Assembly (NCBI RefSeq): GCF_947568905.1 | Contig: NC_079165.1 | Coordinates: 54,870,001 to 54,934,000 of the forward strand | Direction: 5' to 3' | DNA length: 64,000 nucleotides | Source of the DNA: Ostrea edulis | Taxonomy: Eukaryota | Shown: positions 13,672-25,811 of the stretch, one piece after another | How positions within the stretch are numbered: position 1 is the first letter of the stretch | Layout: each line of letters begins with the position of its first letter | The notes under the pieces: generated by a model | Database searches by the model: none | Told to the model about the DNA's origin: nothing | The model's input: the letters and a program-made list of their open reading frames with translations, nothing else | Position numbers and translations under genes: made by a program

Positions 13672-13826
13672 GATCTCATAATTTCAAGATAATTATCTCG
13701 TAATTTCGAGATAATTATTTCGCAATTTTGAGGTCTATTCGCATAATATCGACATAATCATTTCGTAATTACAAGATGGTGGAATGTGATTTTTTTGTTT
13801 TTACATGATACCGATAGGCTTTCGTA
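13672..13826. mobile_element. Third copy of the CTCGTAATTACGAG-array element
   Basis: Ends GGTGGAATGTG...TTACATGATACCGATAGGCTTTCGTA, as the 2812-2990 copy does. Confidence 0.7.
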
Positions 13827-13850
13827 TTTTAGTGCTTTGTGTATTTTTTT

Positions 13851-15020
13851 GAGCGCCAAATTAACAGAAACTCGAGTAACTGAAGATATCTTTAATTATT
13901 TGAAGATATCATCAATTCAATTATTGCGCGCATCAAATCATGTATAATCTCATCAATTGAATTAATTGATGCGCGCATCAATTCATTGATGAGAGCAATA
14001 ATTTATTTGATGCGCGCATCAATTCAATTATTGCTTTCATCAATTGAATTGATGCGTGTATCAATATGGCGGAATTGTTGCTCGCAAAATTTGATTTGGA
14101 GCTCGGTATAAACGATTTGATGATCAATTAAATTAAATTGAAGATGTCTTTAATCATATACATGTACAATGCTTTTGTATAAGTAATCAATGCGCACATC
14201 AATTCTTTTAAAGAGAACAACAATTCAATTAAAGAGATCATTATTTCAATTGTGGATATGTTGAATGAAGATACCTCTAATCATATGCATGCAGATCTTT
14301 TCTCTAAAAGAATTATTGCGAGCATCAATTGAATTCATAACACGTATCAACGCTTCGCGAAAGTTACGTCCCTTGTCCGTCATCTCGCGGATAAAAATCG
14401 TATTTCCCTACGTTGGCCTTTGTAATTTTCCTATCTGTAGCTTTGACATCTGTTATTTTTCCATCAATTGCAGTCAACTACAATAATGCCCCAGATTGGG
14501 GCAACCCATTAACTTGTATGAAAACTTGGTAATTGGCTAAAATTCAAAGAAATAACATCTTACATTTGGTAAGGTAAAGAAGGAAAACTTCGTTTTTCAC
14601 CGATTGACCTTTGGCTGACCCCGCAAAGGGACGTAACTCGCGGTGAAGTGTTGATACGTGTAATTGGTGCGCTCTACAATTCAATTGAATAGAACATTAA
14701 TTCAATACATTGTGAGCATTATTTGAATTAATGCGCGCATCAAGTGAATTAATGCTCTCCTCAATTGAATTGTATCGCGCATCAATTCAATTGTTGATAT
14801 AATCAATTCATCTGAAGAGAGCAGCAATTCAGTTTAGCGCTCATCAATTCAGCAGATTAATTAATACTATCATCAGTTCAATTAATGCACGCAATATTTC
14901 AGAATTGAAGATATCATTAATGATTTGAAGATATCTTTAATTGAATTGTTAAGTGCATCAAATGAATTAATGATGTCTTCAAATGATTAAATTATTTGAG
15001 TTTATGTTAATATGGCGCTC
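13851..15020. mobile_element. Foldback-type non-autonomous DNA element with long inverted arms built of GATGCGCGCATCAATTCAATT-like modules
   Basis: Ends GAGCGCCAAATTAACAGAAACTC and GAGTTTATGTTAATATGGCGCTC match at 21 of 23 positions as inverted repeats. Inner arm ends are also inverted (ACACGTATCAAC...GTTACGTCCC ~14339-14372 versus GGGACGTAAC...GTTGATACGTGT ~14627-14662). Confidence 0.85.
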
Positions 15021-15044
15021 TAGCTGCAATAATGTAGCCCTCTC

Positions 15045-15087
<43 letters not shown>

Positions 15088-15868
15088 GGAGAGGGCTACA
15101 ACTCCCTAGGATCTCCGTAATGGTGCAAATGCGGGAGTGATTCACTCCCGCAACATTTGCGCTCATTCTAAACATTTCCTGACATTCTTTACGTAAATAA
15201 AATGATATTCTATGTTTCTTAGTCAATATATAAATTTACAACCTGCAACTTTAGATTTGTGAGGCTCTATTCTACCGTTTTCAACAATTTCGATAAATTC
15301 CAATTTCTCGATTCATATTTGTGCGCCATGTTTGATGTACTGAAGTTTCAACTTCCGGTTGACAAGTCATTTGCATATGCCATATAAGGTAGTATTTACA
15401 TCTATGGACAAGTATGGAGGCGAAAGCTATTTCGTCGGTATTGAAAAGGTTTGAATTTAATATCAAGTTAAAAACCGAACAGCAGAGTGTAAATTCTTTC
15501 TGCAACAATATGATTTTCCTTTCTTTGTCGAAGTGGCTCGAGTAACTACATTTTCGCGCTGATTGTCAATGTTTAGGCTTTTCATTAGATCCACCTACGA
15601 GATCTCGCGATAACAAGCATGGCGGAGCAGACGAAGAATATTGCATGCTGTACATTATATTTAATGAAAAACACCTTTATTAGACATGCCCGAGCACAAA
15701 GTTGGTACTCATTTTGGTGTAAACAACATTTGGGACTAATACACAGAGTTTATTATCGGTTATTCATAAAATTATTTTGCACCATTACGGAGATCCTATG
15801 GAATTGTAGCCCTATCCCGAAAACGTCAGAATAAAAAAAAATTGGATAGGGCTACATTATTGCAGCTA
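15021..15868. mobile_element. 848-bp MITE with a perfect 21-bp TIR and a 9-bp TSD (Mutator-like by TSD length)
   Basis: TIR TAGCTGCAATAATGTAGCCCT at 15021-15041, inverted at 15848-15868. A second inverted block lies at ~15086-15129 and ~15776-15818. TSD ATGGCGCTC at 15012-15020 and 15869-15877. Confidence 0.93.
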
Positions 15869-16734
15869 ATGGCGCTCCACAGTATTTGACCTTGTATTTG
15901 CTTTGTGGAATGAGAATACCCCCCCCCCCCCACCCCCGGATGCGTAACCTGGACGCAGTTTAAGATTGAGCGGAGGTATAAATGTCTAGGTGTTGCGCGA
16001 TTGGCTAATATCAAGAGCGAAATCGTTTGAATTGAGAGAAATATTATAAAAGTTTAATTTAATTCTCAGGTTAAAAAATAATCGCACAAAGTCGAAAAAT
16101 GACTGAGGAAATTACCATGGTAGGGGTGTGTTAGAAATGAGGGGTGTAATTTACTGCAGATTGCTGTGTGTTGTAAAAAAATTACAAATATGGCCTATAT
16201 CATGAAGTATTATGAATCAAAGGGAGCAAAATGAGCAAAGGGACTCTATGTAATTTTGTCATTTTTTATCAACACTTGGAACGAACTTTGAAATGTTTGC
16301 GGTCATTTGTTTAAAATTAATGTAGTAATTAGTGAGAGGGCCAAAGAGTAGTATTGAGGTCTATGTATATTAGTTTATTCACCAATCAAGGGCCCTCGGG
16401 GGGCATGTACATGTTAACAGGCAATTAATCATAACAATGAAAAATTAGAAATGAATTGGTACTCTTTTCCCTATATGGATCGGACAGTGTTACAATTCAA
16501 TTGTTTGCCTCAGAGAAAAGCAGTTGATGCGAGGACACCGAATATACGAGTGATGCCGCTGGGAGCGATGAAAGCCAGCATATATATAGGATAGGGTGAG
16601 CACGCGGTCACACGTGTTGACGTATAAATGGAAAATTATAAGCATTGGTCAGTATCAAACTATTTTGTCATAGTGAATGATTCATAATACTTCATGATAT
16701 ATATATATATAAAAGCACTAAGTTCCAACAACAC

Positions 16735-16880
16735 CCGATACCTAAAAGTGTCGGATCCACAACATGGATACAAGGTCAAATACAAAAAATTATACAAAGC
16801 ACTAAAATGACCAACGACACGAACAACCAGATTGTCAAATTTTCGGGACGACCCGTCCCTTCTTCAGGACAAACGAAAAG
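16735..16880 (+). mobile_element. Fragment of the left part of repeat family A
   Basis: GTGTCGGATCCACAACATGGATACAAGGTCA...GACACGAAC...CGTCCC is the reverse complement of the sequence on both sides of the 21617-23090 insertion. Confidence 0.65.
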
Positions 16881-17641
16881 AATTACATAATGTGGCCAAT
16901 ATCAACAGCGAATAATAACAAAAACTACATATAAATATATCTAGCACTACAACTACACTAATCTATAGCTACAAACGTATTTACAACGCAGACTACATGT
17001 TTTCTTTTGGTTTTCAGGCTTGCCAATCAATGTTAAAAGTGACGTGAATTAGGACATGCCTTATTCGTCCAAAGAGCTGATCCAAAATGTACGAAGTGAT
17101 AAAAATAAACTAAATTAATCTCAAGTGGTACGAGTTAACCCAATTACGTTGACAAATAGTAAAGCTAACTCGTACCCAGAGAGATTCTATTTTAACTATG
17201 CATTAAGAATAAATAATCTATAAAAGATAATAATAATAATAAGAGGGGGGAAAAACACCTAAAAATTAACTATGTAAATGAATGAACACTATAAATCAAA
17301 GTTCTGAAAGTACTGAAAAGCGCTAATTCTGTATGTAATGTTAATGAACAGGAACAACAGTAAAATGAAGTTCACGCATTATTCTTTATTTCGCACAACT
17401 AAATTAATACATTTTCTGTAAGGAAATAACAAATATGGATTGGAAACAATGTCATGAAACTTTTCAACATGTTGAAATATATACTTTATATGATGTTGTT
17501 AAAAACAATGGTCACTATGATAATTTTGATCCCACCCGGAACTAAAACTCTATCCTTGGATCATGAAATTTACAATTTTGGCAAAGGACACCTGCTCTTT
17601 TTAAATATCTATATTCAGAATTTAATATCAATAGCATTACC

Positions 17642-17973
17642 ACCGCTGCAGTGGTCTAGAGGTAAAGTGTTCGCCCTGTATGCGGACGGTCGGGTTCGAA
17701 TCCCGGCCGCGACAGACCTAGGTCGTTAACAGTGACAGTTCCATCGCCAAACTCTCTGCATTAGGTGTGAATGTCACGGGTCCTCGGAGATGGCCTTAAA
17801 AACGAATGCCCCGTGTCACAGTAGGTGTGGCATGCTGAAGAACCCTCACTGCTCAATGACCGTATACTCTCAACAGAGGCCTAAATTTTGCAGCCCTTCA
17901 CCAGTGTTGGTGGCGTCTCCATATGAATTAAAAATTATCTAGAGGAACGTTAAACAACATACAATCAATCAAT
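17642..17973 (+). mobile_element. Full-length tRNA-derived SINE with (AATC)n tail
   Basis: A-box-like TGGTCTAGAGG, B box GGTTCGAATCC, a ~260-bp body and a CAATCAATCAAT tail. Probable 13-bp TSD is ATCAATAGCATTA (17627-17639) and ATCAATTGCATTA (17968-17980). A paralogue lies at 25345-25682. Confidence 0.9.
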
Positions 17974-20900
17974 TGCATTAAAGGCTATATTATTCAAATA
18001 TTTTACACATAAACACTTTATATTCAGTTTGCCCCCCACCCATCTTAGCAAGTCAATTGTTTCTCATCCGCTCCGCTCCAGACCCCATCCTGGGTCATGA
18101 AATGCTCTACATGAATATGCAGTTTTTTCCTTACAGATGTAATGTTGTAGAGAAGAATATTTTTGGAAATTTGTCAAGTTTTGATAGAAAATGTGAAAAC
18201 ATTTGTAATGGTAGGTTTCGATAAAAAGTGTTCAATTGTTATTACGCAACTAACTTACTGTTGTGTTCCAGTTTAATAGTGTATGAAATATTTTTTAGAA
18301 TACAACTAAAATGAAACAAATCAATAGTTTGATACATACATGTCAAATAATAATAGAAAGGAACAAACAAACAACTGGACAAAAAAGAAAAATACATATA
18401 ACCACATACACTAACAAGTGCCAAAGATATCCACGTCAAAATACACCAATAATGCAGGTCTATGAAACACTTTACATCCATTTCACCACCTCACCAGAAA
18501 TCATTTAAATACATACATAAACATGCATCTGTATGACTTGTACTAGATAATCCAGTGCATAATTATCTGTATATAGCAATCAAACCATGAAAGTGGAATT
18601 ATTTTTGTAATCAATAATGAAGTTGATTTCAATTCAAAATCAGGTTGGAAAGAATGTAAATCCAAAATAAGTCAGATAAATACATGTATAACTGAAAACA
18701 AAATTTAGGAAGTTATTTTAAAAAGATGTTCATCATACATGTGCAATATTAATAACTTTGAAACTGAATGCTGCGTTATCAACAAGAGTGGAAAGAGCTC
18801 ATTTTTAACATGAAAGTTAGTGTAAGAGGATATACTAAATCGAATATGATAAATTAGACTAATATATATGCATGGATTTACATTTAGGCATTGTAGTGAT
18901 TCTTTGTTATACGTAAATCTAAAAAGAAGAACTCCAAGAGTTTGTACACAGGTACATTAAACACTGTACTCATCAACATGTGTGTATTACACTCTTTGTG
19001 TAAAAGCTCATATTCATATTGCAAAGGAAACTCACCCGTTTGTCTGAATGAGACATAATACACATTGCTATTGTTTTAATTTTATAAAACAGTTGAAAAT
19101 GCAAATAACCTTAGCAAAAAAGTATACGATTCGCTGCTTGTGTAGGGGTTCTAATATGAAAAAAAAAAACAGTAAGAGAAATGACTCGCAATAAATATAT
19201 AATATTTACAACATGTAAATGTAGCTCAATGAGAATCCCAAGCTAGGCACTTAAAAGTTACAAAAGTAATTTTCAAACGCTAATGTTCAAACCGCTGTAG
19301 AAATAATGAAGAGGCATCTCGCCGTAAAACTAAATGCGTTTTTTATATGAAAAGATCGTTCAGCGAAAACAAAATGTGGGGACAGGGAACAACGACAGTA
19401 AATCCATGCTCCCTTCCCCTCCTTCATCCTTTTTACGTTCGGAAATACATGAAGCATATACCTGTCATTGTCAATTGTTTGTTTGAAGTACAAACAAATT
19501 GAAAACACGATTACATTTCATTGTGTGTAGCGTGCTGGGGACCGCAAACCATTTTACATTCATGCTTGACACAATGGAAATGTTTATCTAACACTTGTCC
19601 TAACCATATTATGTATTTCACTAAACAGCTCTTGTAAAATTCCAGGCGGTGTTTTGAAGACTTGAAACCGGGGCATTGTCTTCCGTAAACGCAGACTTAT
19701 AATTCTGTACCTTTTATTTTTCCCTCCCTCAAGATTATTATTCCCAGTCTCATTTTCGAAACTAAATATCGAAATCAAATTTGATTGTGTTGACGATGAT
19801 TTTGAAGAATATCTTGGTCGTTTAGAAAGAATAAAGTAAGCCTAAGTTACACCTTTGCATCCTCTAAATTCCTGCACGACCTACTTACATATATGATCGG
19901 GGAAGGTGTGAGCAGTTACGCAATACCGTCCCTCTGAGACACCGATCTCTGTCCTTCGCTGTCAAAACATAATCGTGCACAAGTTTTATTTCATTCACGA
20001 TCGACGCAGATCAGTTATTATTATTATTATTATTGTGTTGCACACATTTTTGCTGTGTCGGACAAAATTTTTACTGTGTCGGAACAGCAGTCAAAACACA
20101 AATGGGAAAACCCTCATGACTCGTATATAGCTTAATGACGTGGATTCTAATTATAGTCTGGACCATGCAAAAGTATTGATTTTCTTGACCTCTAAGCGCT
20201 ATGCGAAGGTAACAATGTAAAGGCACCATAATAGCCAAAACGGTTTCATGTGCAGATTCTTATTCATTTTTAGATTTTGAATTACTTAATAATCACTTTG
20301 ATTATTACAGACGCAGAATCAAACGGGAATTTTAACTGTAGAATGACCTGCATCTGTGTATCACTTTCCCCCAGAATGAGGACAAAAATGTCACCTTTTT
20401 ATACATATTTTATCCACTGTTCAACGAACTGTATTTCCGGAAAAAAATGTTCCATCGGATATGAATGTTATCTCCGTACCAGATCGGTTGCAAAAATACG
20501 ACTACTTTAAACACGACGTGTTTACAGCGATGCATAAATTCGCCACGATAAACCGGAAACATGATGACGAAAGCAAAATCCAACTGCCGACAATAAAGCG
20601 CAGCTACGCTAAGCGCTTTAAAAATATATTAGAAATGAACAAAATTTGAGAGAAAAATAATGCAAATAACAAGTTTGAATAAGTAAACAAAGTGGACCAA
20701 CTCCAAACAAAAACAAATAAGCAGCCTAGGAAATTGAATCAACATTCCCGTACTGATCATGTCTAGGGTAGACGTGCAAAAAACATAGAATTACGGAAAC
20801 TGATAAATGGGTTTTACATGTAAGCAATCGGTTATGAAGGTCAAAGTAATTAAAAGGGGGGGGGGGGCTGATTGTAAACAGAATTGAAAAGAAAAAGATA

Positions 20901-20982
20901 TGTTCAAAAATGGTCATAGTACCACTGTTAGGGACATGATCAGACGAGTAGGTATAGATGAAGCTTAAAATCTAGTGAGGGT

Positions 20983-21147
20983 TTAGCCCGTATTCATCCT
21001 GGTGAAGTCAGTAGGTTTGTTGATACCATGCGGTTCAAATGACTTCAACCAGTGCATCCAGAATTTTTCCTTCTGCGTTCTTTCGGTATCTGACCAACTT
21101 GGATCATGATCAATAACCACTACTGTAATGTCCTCCCATCGGTGGAC
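20983..21147 (-). mobile_element. Second Penelope-like fragment: GIY-YIG endonuclease C-terminus (not in the ORF track because it has no start codon)
   Basis: Minus frame reads VHRWEDITVVVIDHDPSWSDTERTQKEKFWMHWLKSFEPHGINKPTDFTRMNTG*, with the R...E.FW...L....P.GIN signature of Penelope-like endonucleases. The 5' end is truncated at a (TA)n tract. Confidence 0.75.
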
Positions 21148-21190
21148 ATATATATATATACATATACATATATATATATATATATATATA

Positions 21191-21290
21191 GGGAAGTCGT
21201 TGTGGCTGAGTGGACTTACTCACTGGTTTGACAATCTTGCTAGGCGGTGGGTGCCGTACGTCGCTGGTTCGACCCCGGACTGGGGCGAAA
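21191..21290 (+). mobile_element. tRNA-like Pol III head (Ser/Leu-like; SINE head or tRNA pseudogene) embedded between (TA)n tracts
   Basis: GTCGTTGTGGCTGAGTGG (A box) and GGTTCGACCCC (B box) are separated by a long spacer. I could not fold a clean cloverleaf. (TA)n tracts lie at ~21148-21190 and ~21325-21362. Confidence 0.55.
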
Positions 21291-21321
21291 ATTTTCAGTA
21301 CCTAGTTGTGATTATTTAGTG

Positions 21322-21365
<44 letters not shown>

Positions 21366-21414
21366 AGTGGTTCATTTAAATCTAGATAGTAGTAAATTAA
21401 TTCAGTGTACGACT

Positions 21415-21616
21415 TATCTTCAGTGATCTTATCGGGCTCATGGCGGGTATGACCGGTCGGCAGGGGATGGTCACTCCTCCTAGGCACGGTCACCTGATCC
21501 TACCTCTGGTGCGTCCAGGGATCCTGTGTTCACCCGGCCCTCCATTTATATGGACGGAGGAAGGGACGGGTACCAAATTGTTCGTGTCGTTGATCATATC
21601 GGTGCTTTTCTAAATG
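21415..21616 (-). mobile_element. Repeat family A copy interrupted by a DNA transposon; it resumes at ~23100-23140
   Basis: Reverse complement of the 7067-7190 core. Joining 21616 to 23100 restores the sequence seen intact at 16735-16880. Confidence 0.75.
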
Positions 21617-23090
21617 GGGTGTTGCTAAAATGCGAAACGGAATGGAAGACGGAACGGAACGGAAAACGGAATATATTTTATGCAACAATATTATGAGGAT
21701 GTCAGCATTTTGTAAAATCAAAAGACTTATTATAAAAAAGGGAAGCAGAAATTACAGAGAGAACAGGAAGTCATCTTCAGAATCCACCATTTCATATTGA
21801 TACCTCATACTAATGCATTGTTATGTATTTTAAAACGGTGGGTTTTGTGAATGAATGTACCAACATAGCAAGTTTTAATAAAAACATTAAGCATGCGCCT
21901 GTTGGTACCATCCTTTTTCATGGTTTTGTCACCCCCCCCCCCTAGATTATGACAGTAGCTTCACAAATAAAGAAAAAAAAATAAAATAAGCATACTGAAA
22001 AGACTTTAATTATACTTGAACCCCTTTCAAATTCGATTGCTTTATTCTGGCTGCTACCCTAAGATAGTCTGGATCGTATACGCCGACTGTGGGGAGTCGG
22101 CGTATACACAAACGTCGGGATGATCCAGACTAATCCAATGAATAAAAGGTACCCCCCCCCCCCCACCCACCCCAAAAAACCAACAACATAGTAAAAGATA
22201 AAATAAGTGTTTTGAACAATTTCCCCCAAACATAGCCTTTCTAAATCGAACGTGCTTTTAATCGAACTAAGTGTGTTTAAGATAACTGAATTTGAATTTA
22301 GTTCTACACCTGGTACAATATACATCTATGTATCACATCAAATTTCAAAGCGAACGAGTCCGGTGTGAAAAAAGGTTTGTCTCATTTAGGATGAATCTAT
22401 GTGAAAGTTCGTACATTTACCGATATCCTACGGATTAGTGTTGAAACTGAAGAGATATACAGCGGGAATGAAATATTGAAACAGAACCAATGTAAACTAG
22501 GGTGAATTTATGCTTGAGTGGAATTAAAAGTCATTTAATTATTAATCTAAATGTTAAGCTATGCAAGTATCTAGTTTAGAAATGAACTGTCAGAAGTCCT
22601 CCCTATTTAGGATTGGAGTGTTGCGGTCACTATTTCTCTATTAGTTAATGAATTATCGTTGTTTTATACATATCACACTCCCTGTACAGACACATACACC
22701 GTTTATGTGTAAATACATGTACATGTGCGTTAATGAAGTTTTGCTATGGGGGAGGGGGGGGGCATATAAACCAAGTGTTGTTGTTTTTTTCATTCTCTAC
22801 CCATAGGTGTTACTGCTCGCTAACACCTCTTGTCAATGCCAGATGTCGAAATTCTTGTAAAACACTTTGTAAATTCTTATACAAACGTTTACCTTAATTC
22901 GCTTAATCAATCTATGATGGAAAATTTTAAGATAAAGTTGTTTTATCGCTTGTAAACAATTTCCAAATTGTTGATTTTAATCATAATGAAAAATTTCCCC
23001 CCGATTTTTTTGCGTTATCTTATCAACATTACATTCTAATTCTTAAATTCCGACCCGTTCCGTTTTCCGTTCCGCGTTTTAGCAACACCC
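21617..23090. mobile_element. 1474-bp non-autonomous DNA transposon with 26-bp TIR and 9-bp TSD
   Basis: TIR GGGTGTTGCTAAAATGCGAAACGGAA against the inverted GGGTGTTGCTAAAACGCGGAACGGAA (24/26), with subterminal ACGGA repeats. TSD TTCTAAATG at 21608-21616 and 23091-23099. No transposase ORF. Confidence 0.92.
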
Positions 23091-23758
23091 TTCTAAATGA
23101 CCTTGTATCCACTATGTGGATCCGACATTTCTTGGAGTGGGCTGTTATTGGATTTTATATATTATATATACTCATGTATAAGTACATGTATGTATGATAT
23201 ATAAAGATAGCACTAAATTATTACGCCAACAGGCTTTGGTGTGGGCGGCAAAACCCTCTGAATATTCAATTACTTTTCAAGATAGCTATAGGGTCATATA
23301 AAGTGAAGAAGCTCAGCCCTAAATTCTGGACGATTCAGACCAAAATCACAAACTTTGTAGTCATTTAAGAAGATTTTATAGATATCGCAATTTCTTTCAT
23401 GCTGAAATAATAGATGCATGGTTATAATTTCAGGCCAATTCAGATAGTTTAGTTAACCGATCGCTGAAACCTATTTCCCCGATAGGCCTAAGTATTGGGA
23501 AACATTATAGCCTGTAAATGAATTGACAATTTCATGAAAATCTGTAATTATTCATCTATCATATTTGAATAAAGGAGGAGTGATTTTACTAGTATCAATT
23601 GAACGTGTTTACACCACTCCTATGAAATCTTCTATTTTGTATTCTATCAAAACCCTATTCTCAAATGTGTTTTACTTACTTGTGTGGTGCATCTATTGAT
23701 TTTTTCGCAATGATCTGCAAGAATTATATGCGTTTGAACAATATATGAATCCTAAAGG

Positions 23759-24108
23759 ATAAGTCTACATACAACTAAATATACCAATGTTAACACACCA
23801 ACCTCACAAGAATAAGTCTACATACAGTATATACCAATGTTAATACGCCGACCTCACAAGAATAAGTCTACATACAGTATATACCAATGTTAACACGCCG
23901 ACCTCACAAGAATAAGTCTACATACAGTATATACCAATGTTAATACGCCGACCTCACAAGAATAAGTCTACATACAGTATATACCAATGTTGACACGCCG
24001 ACCTCACAAGAATAAGTCTACATACAGTATATACCAATGTTAACACGCCGACCTCACAAGAATAAGTCTACATACAGTATATACCAATGTTAACACGCCG
24101 ACCTCACA
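23759..24108. repeat. 50-bp tandem repeat, about 7 copies
   Basis: ACCTCACAAGAATAAGTCTACATACAGTATATACCAATGTTAA(C/T)ACGCCG with period 50 (23801, 23851...). Confidence 0.97.
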
Positions 24109-24149
24109 GTTTTGAAACAGTACACGTGTATGTGAAAATGCGACATGTG

Positions 24150-24262
24150 TGTAAGGTGATCAATCTCATAACTCCTACAAGCAATAGAAAATAGATAGTT
24201 GGGCAAACACGGACCCCTGGACAAACCAGAGGTGGGATCAGGTGCCCAGGAGGAGTAAGCAA
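24150..24262 (+). mobile_element. Repeat family A variant
   Basis: GATCAATCTCATAACTCCTA...GGGCAAACACGGACCCCTGGA...GGATCAGGTGCC. The same variant occurs at ~31598-31752 (-) and ~49420-49535 (+). Confidence 0.75.
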
Positions 24263-24964
24263 TGTATGTAAATTCCGCAAAGCAAGGCACCCCTCTCCAT
24301 CTGAATGGGAACTCCATTCCAGCGACCTCTTTTTAATGTGCAAAGCAAAACTAACAAAGAAATGTTTCCTGTAAATTCTTGGTCTGTTGTATTTATCTTT
24401 CAATGCCCAATGCTATTTTGCATTTATTAATCTCTTAATTTATGCAGTTATACAATTAATCCAATCAATTTCTATACCTTAAAAGTTTGATGAAAAAGCG
24501 AAATGGCATTGGGAATAGACTTATAATCCACAAAATTTTCAGGAAATATATCTTATCAGTCATTAAAAAGAAAGGAGGGGGTGAATGAAAGGGAATGGGT
24601 CCAATCTGTGAATTCTATATACAGAAAGGTTCGTGTCGGCTCTGCTGCTCTCATCAGGTAGCTTATATGTGTTAGGGCGTTCGCTTCCCGGATCCCTTAG
24701 TCAATTCTTAATCCTTATTCGAATTGCTATCGATTTTTTCCTATAACTGAAAAAAAACACCCACCAAACATTTTATTTGCGCAACCAGAACATCACTCCG
24801 CAGTTATTGTCAAGTCGAATTGACGGAAAAGACAGAGTGATGTTCCGATTGTTATGAATTTGCGATTACGGAATGGCCAAGTAGTTACGATTGATCGGAG
24901 CCAAGTGGACGAGTCCAAAGACGGAGGTTTAAATTGAAAAGGATAGCATCTTTCCTCATGGATC

Positions 24965-25811
24965 ACCAAACTAACATAAAACTCAAATAATTGAAGATAT
25001 CATCGACTCATTTGATGCGCGCAACAATATTATTGCGAGCATTAATTGAATTGCTGATAGCATTATTCATTCCGCTGAATTGATGAGCATTATCATAGAA
25101 TTGTTGCTTTCTTCAAATGAATTAATGATACCAACAATTGAACTGATCTGCGCTACAATTCAATTGAAGAGATCTTGAATTATTGCTCTCTTCAATTGAA
25201 TTAATGATATAATTAATTCTATTGATGCGCGCAAAAATTCTTTTAGAGAGAGTTACTGTAATTCAACATATCCCCAGTGAATTCCTGATCTCTTTGATTG
25301 ATTGATGCACGCATTACTTTCTGACTGATTCACCCTAGTGTACATTGACTGATTAATTGATTGTATCTTGTTTAACGTCACTCTCGAAAATTTTCTTACT
25401 CATATGAAGACGTCACCAATACCAGTGAAGGGCTTCAAATTTAGGCCTATTCTCGGCGCTTGTAAACGGCCATTTTTTAGCGTGCCACACCTACATTGAC
25501 ACGGGGCATCCGTTTTTAAGGTCATCTCCGAGAACTCGTGACATTCACACCTGATGCCGAGCGTTTGGCGATGGAAAAAATGTCACTACCTGTTTTAACG
25601 ACTTAGGTCTGTCGCGGCCGGGATTCGAACCTCGACCTTCCGCATGCAGGACGAACGTTTTAACTCTAGACCATCGCAGCGTATTGATGAGAGCAATAAG
25701 TGAATTGATGCGCACATTAAATCAATTATTGCGCTCAATAATTGATTTGATGATATCTTTAAATGATTAAAGATTTCTTCAAATTTTGGAGTTTATGTTA
25801 ATTTGACGCTA
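24965..25811. mobile_element. Second foldback element of the 13851-15020 family, interrupted by a SINE
   Basis: Inverted ends CCAAACTAACATAAAACTC and GAGTTTATGTTAATTTGACGCT, with the same GATGCGCGCA modules. Confidence 0.75.
25345..25682 (-). mobile_element. tRNA-derived SINE, same family as 17642-17973
   Basis: Reverse complement carries TGGTCTAGAG, GGTTCGAATCCCGGCCGCGACAGACCTAAGTCG, the same body and an (AATC)n tail. Confidence 0.9.

Noticed and set aside
17642-17715. Possible tRNA gene
   Set aside because: The A/B-box head continues into a shared body and (AATC)n tail with a TSD and a second copy, so it is a SINE.
20753-20790. CTGATCAT-GTCTA-GGG-TAGAC hairpin near the second Penelope-like fragment
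   Set aside because: The core is CUGAUCA rather than CUGANGA and GAAA is absent; at most a decayed motif.
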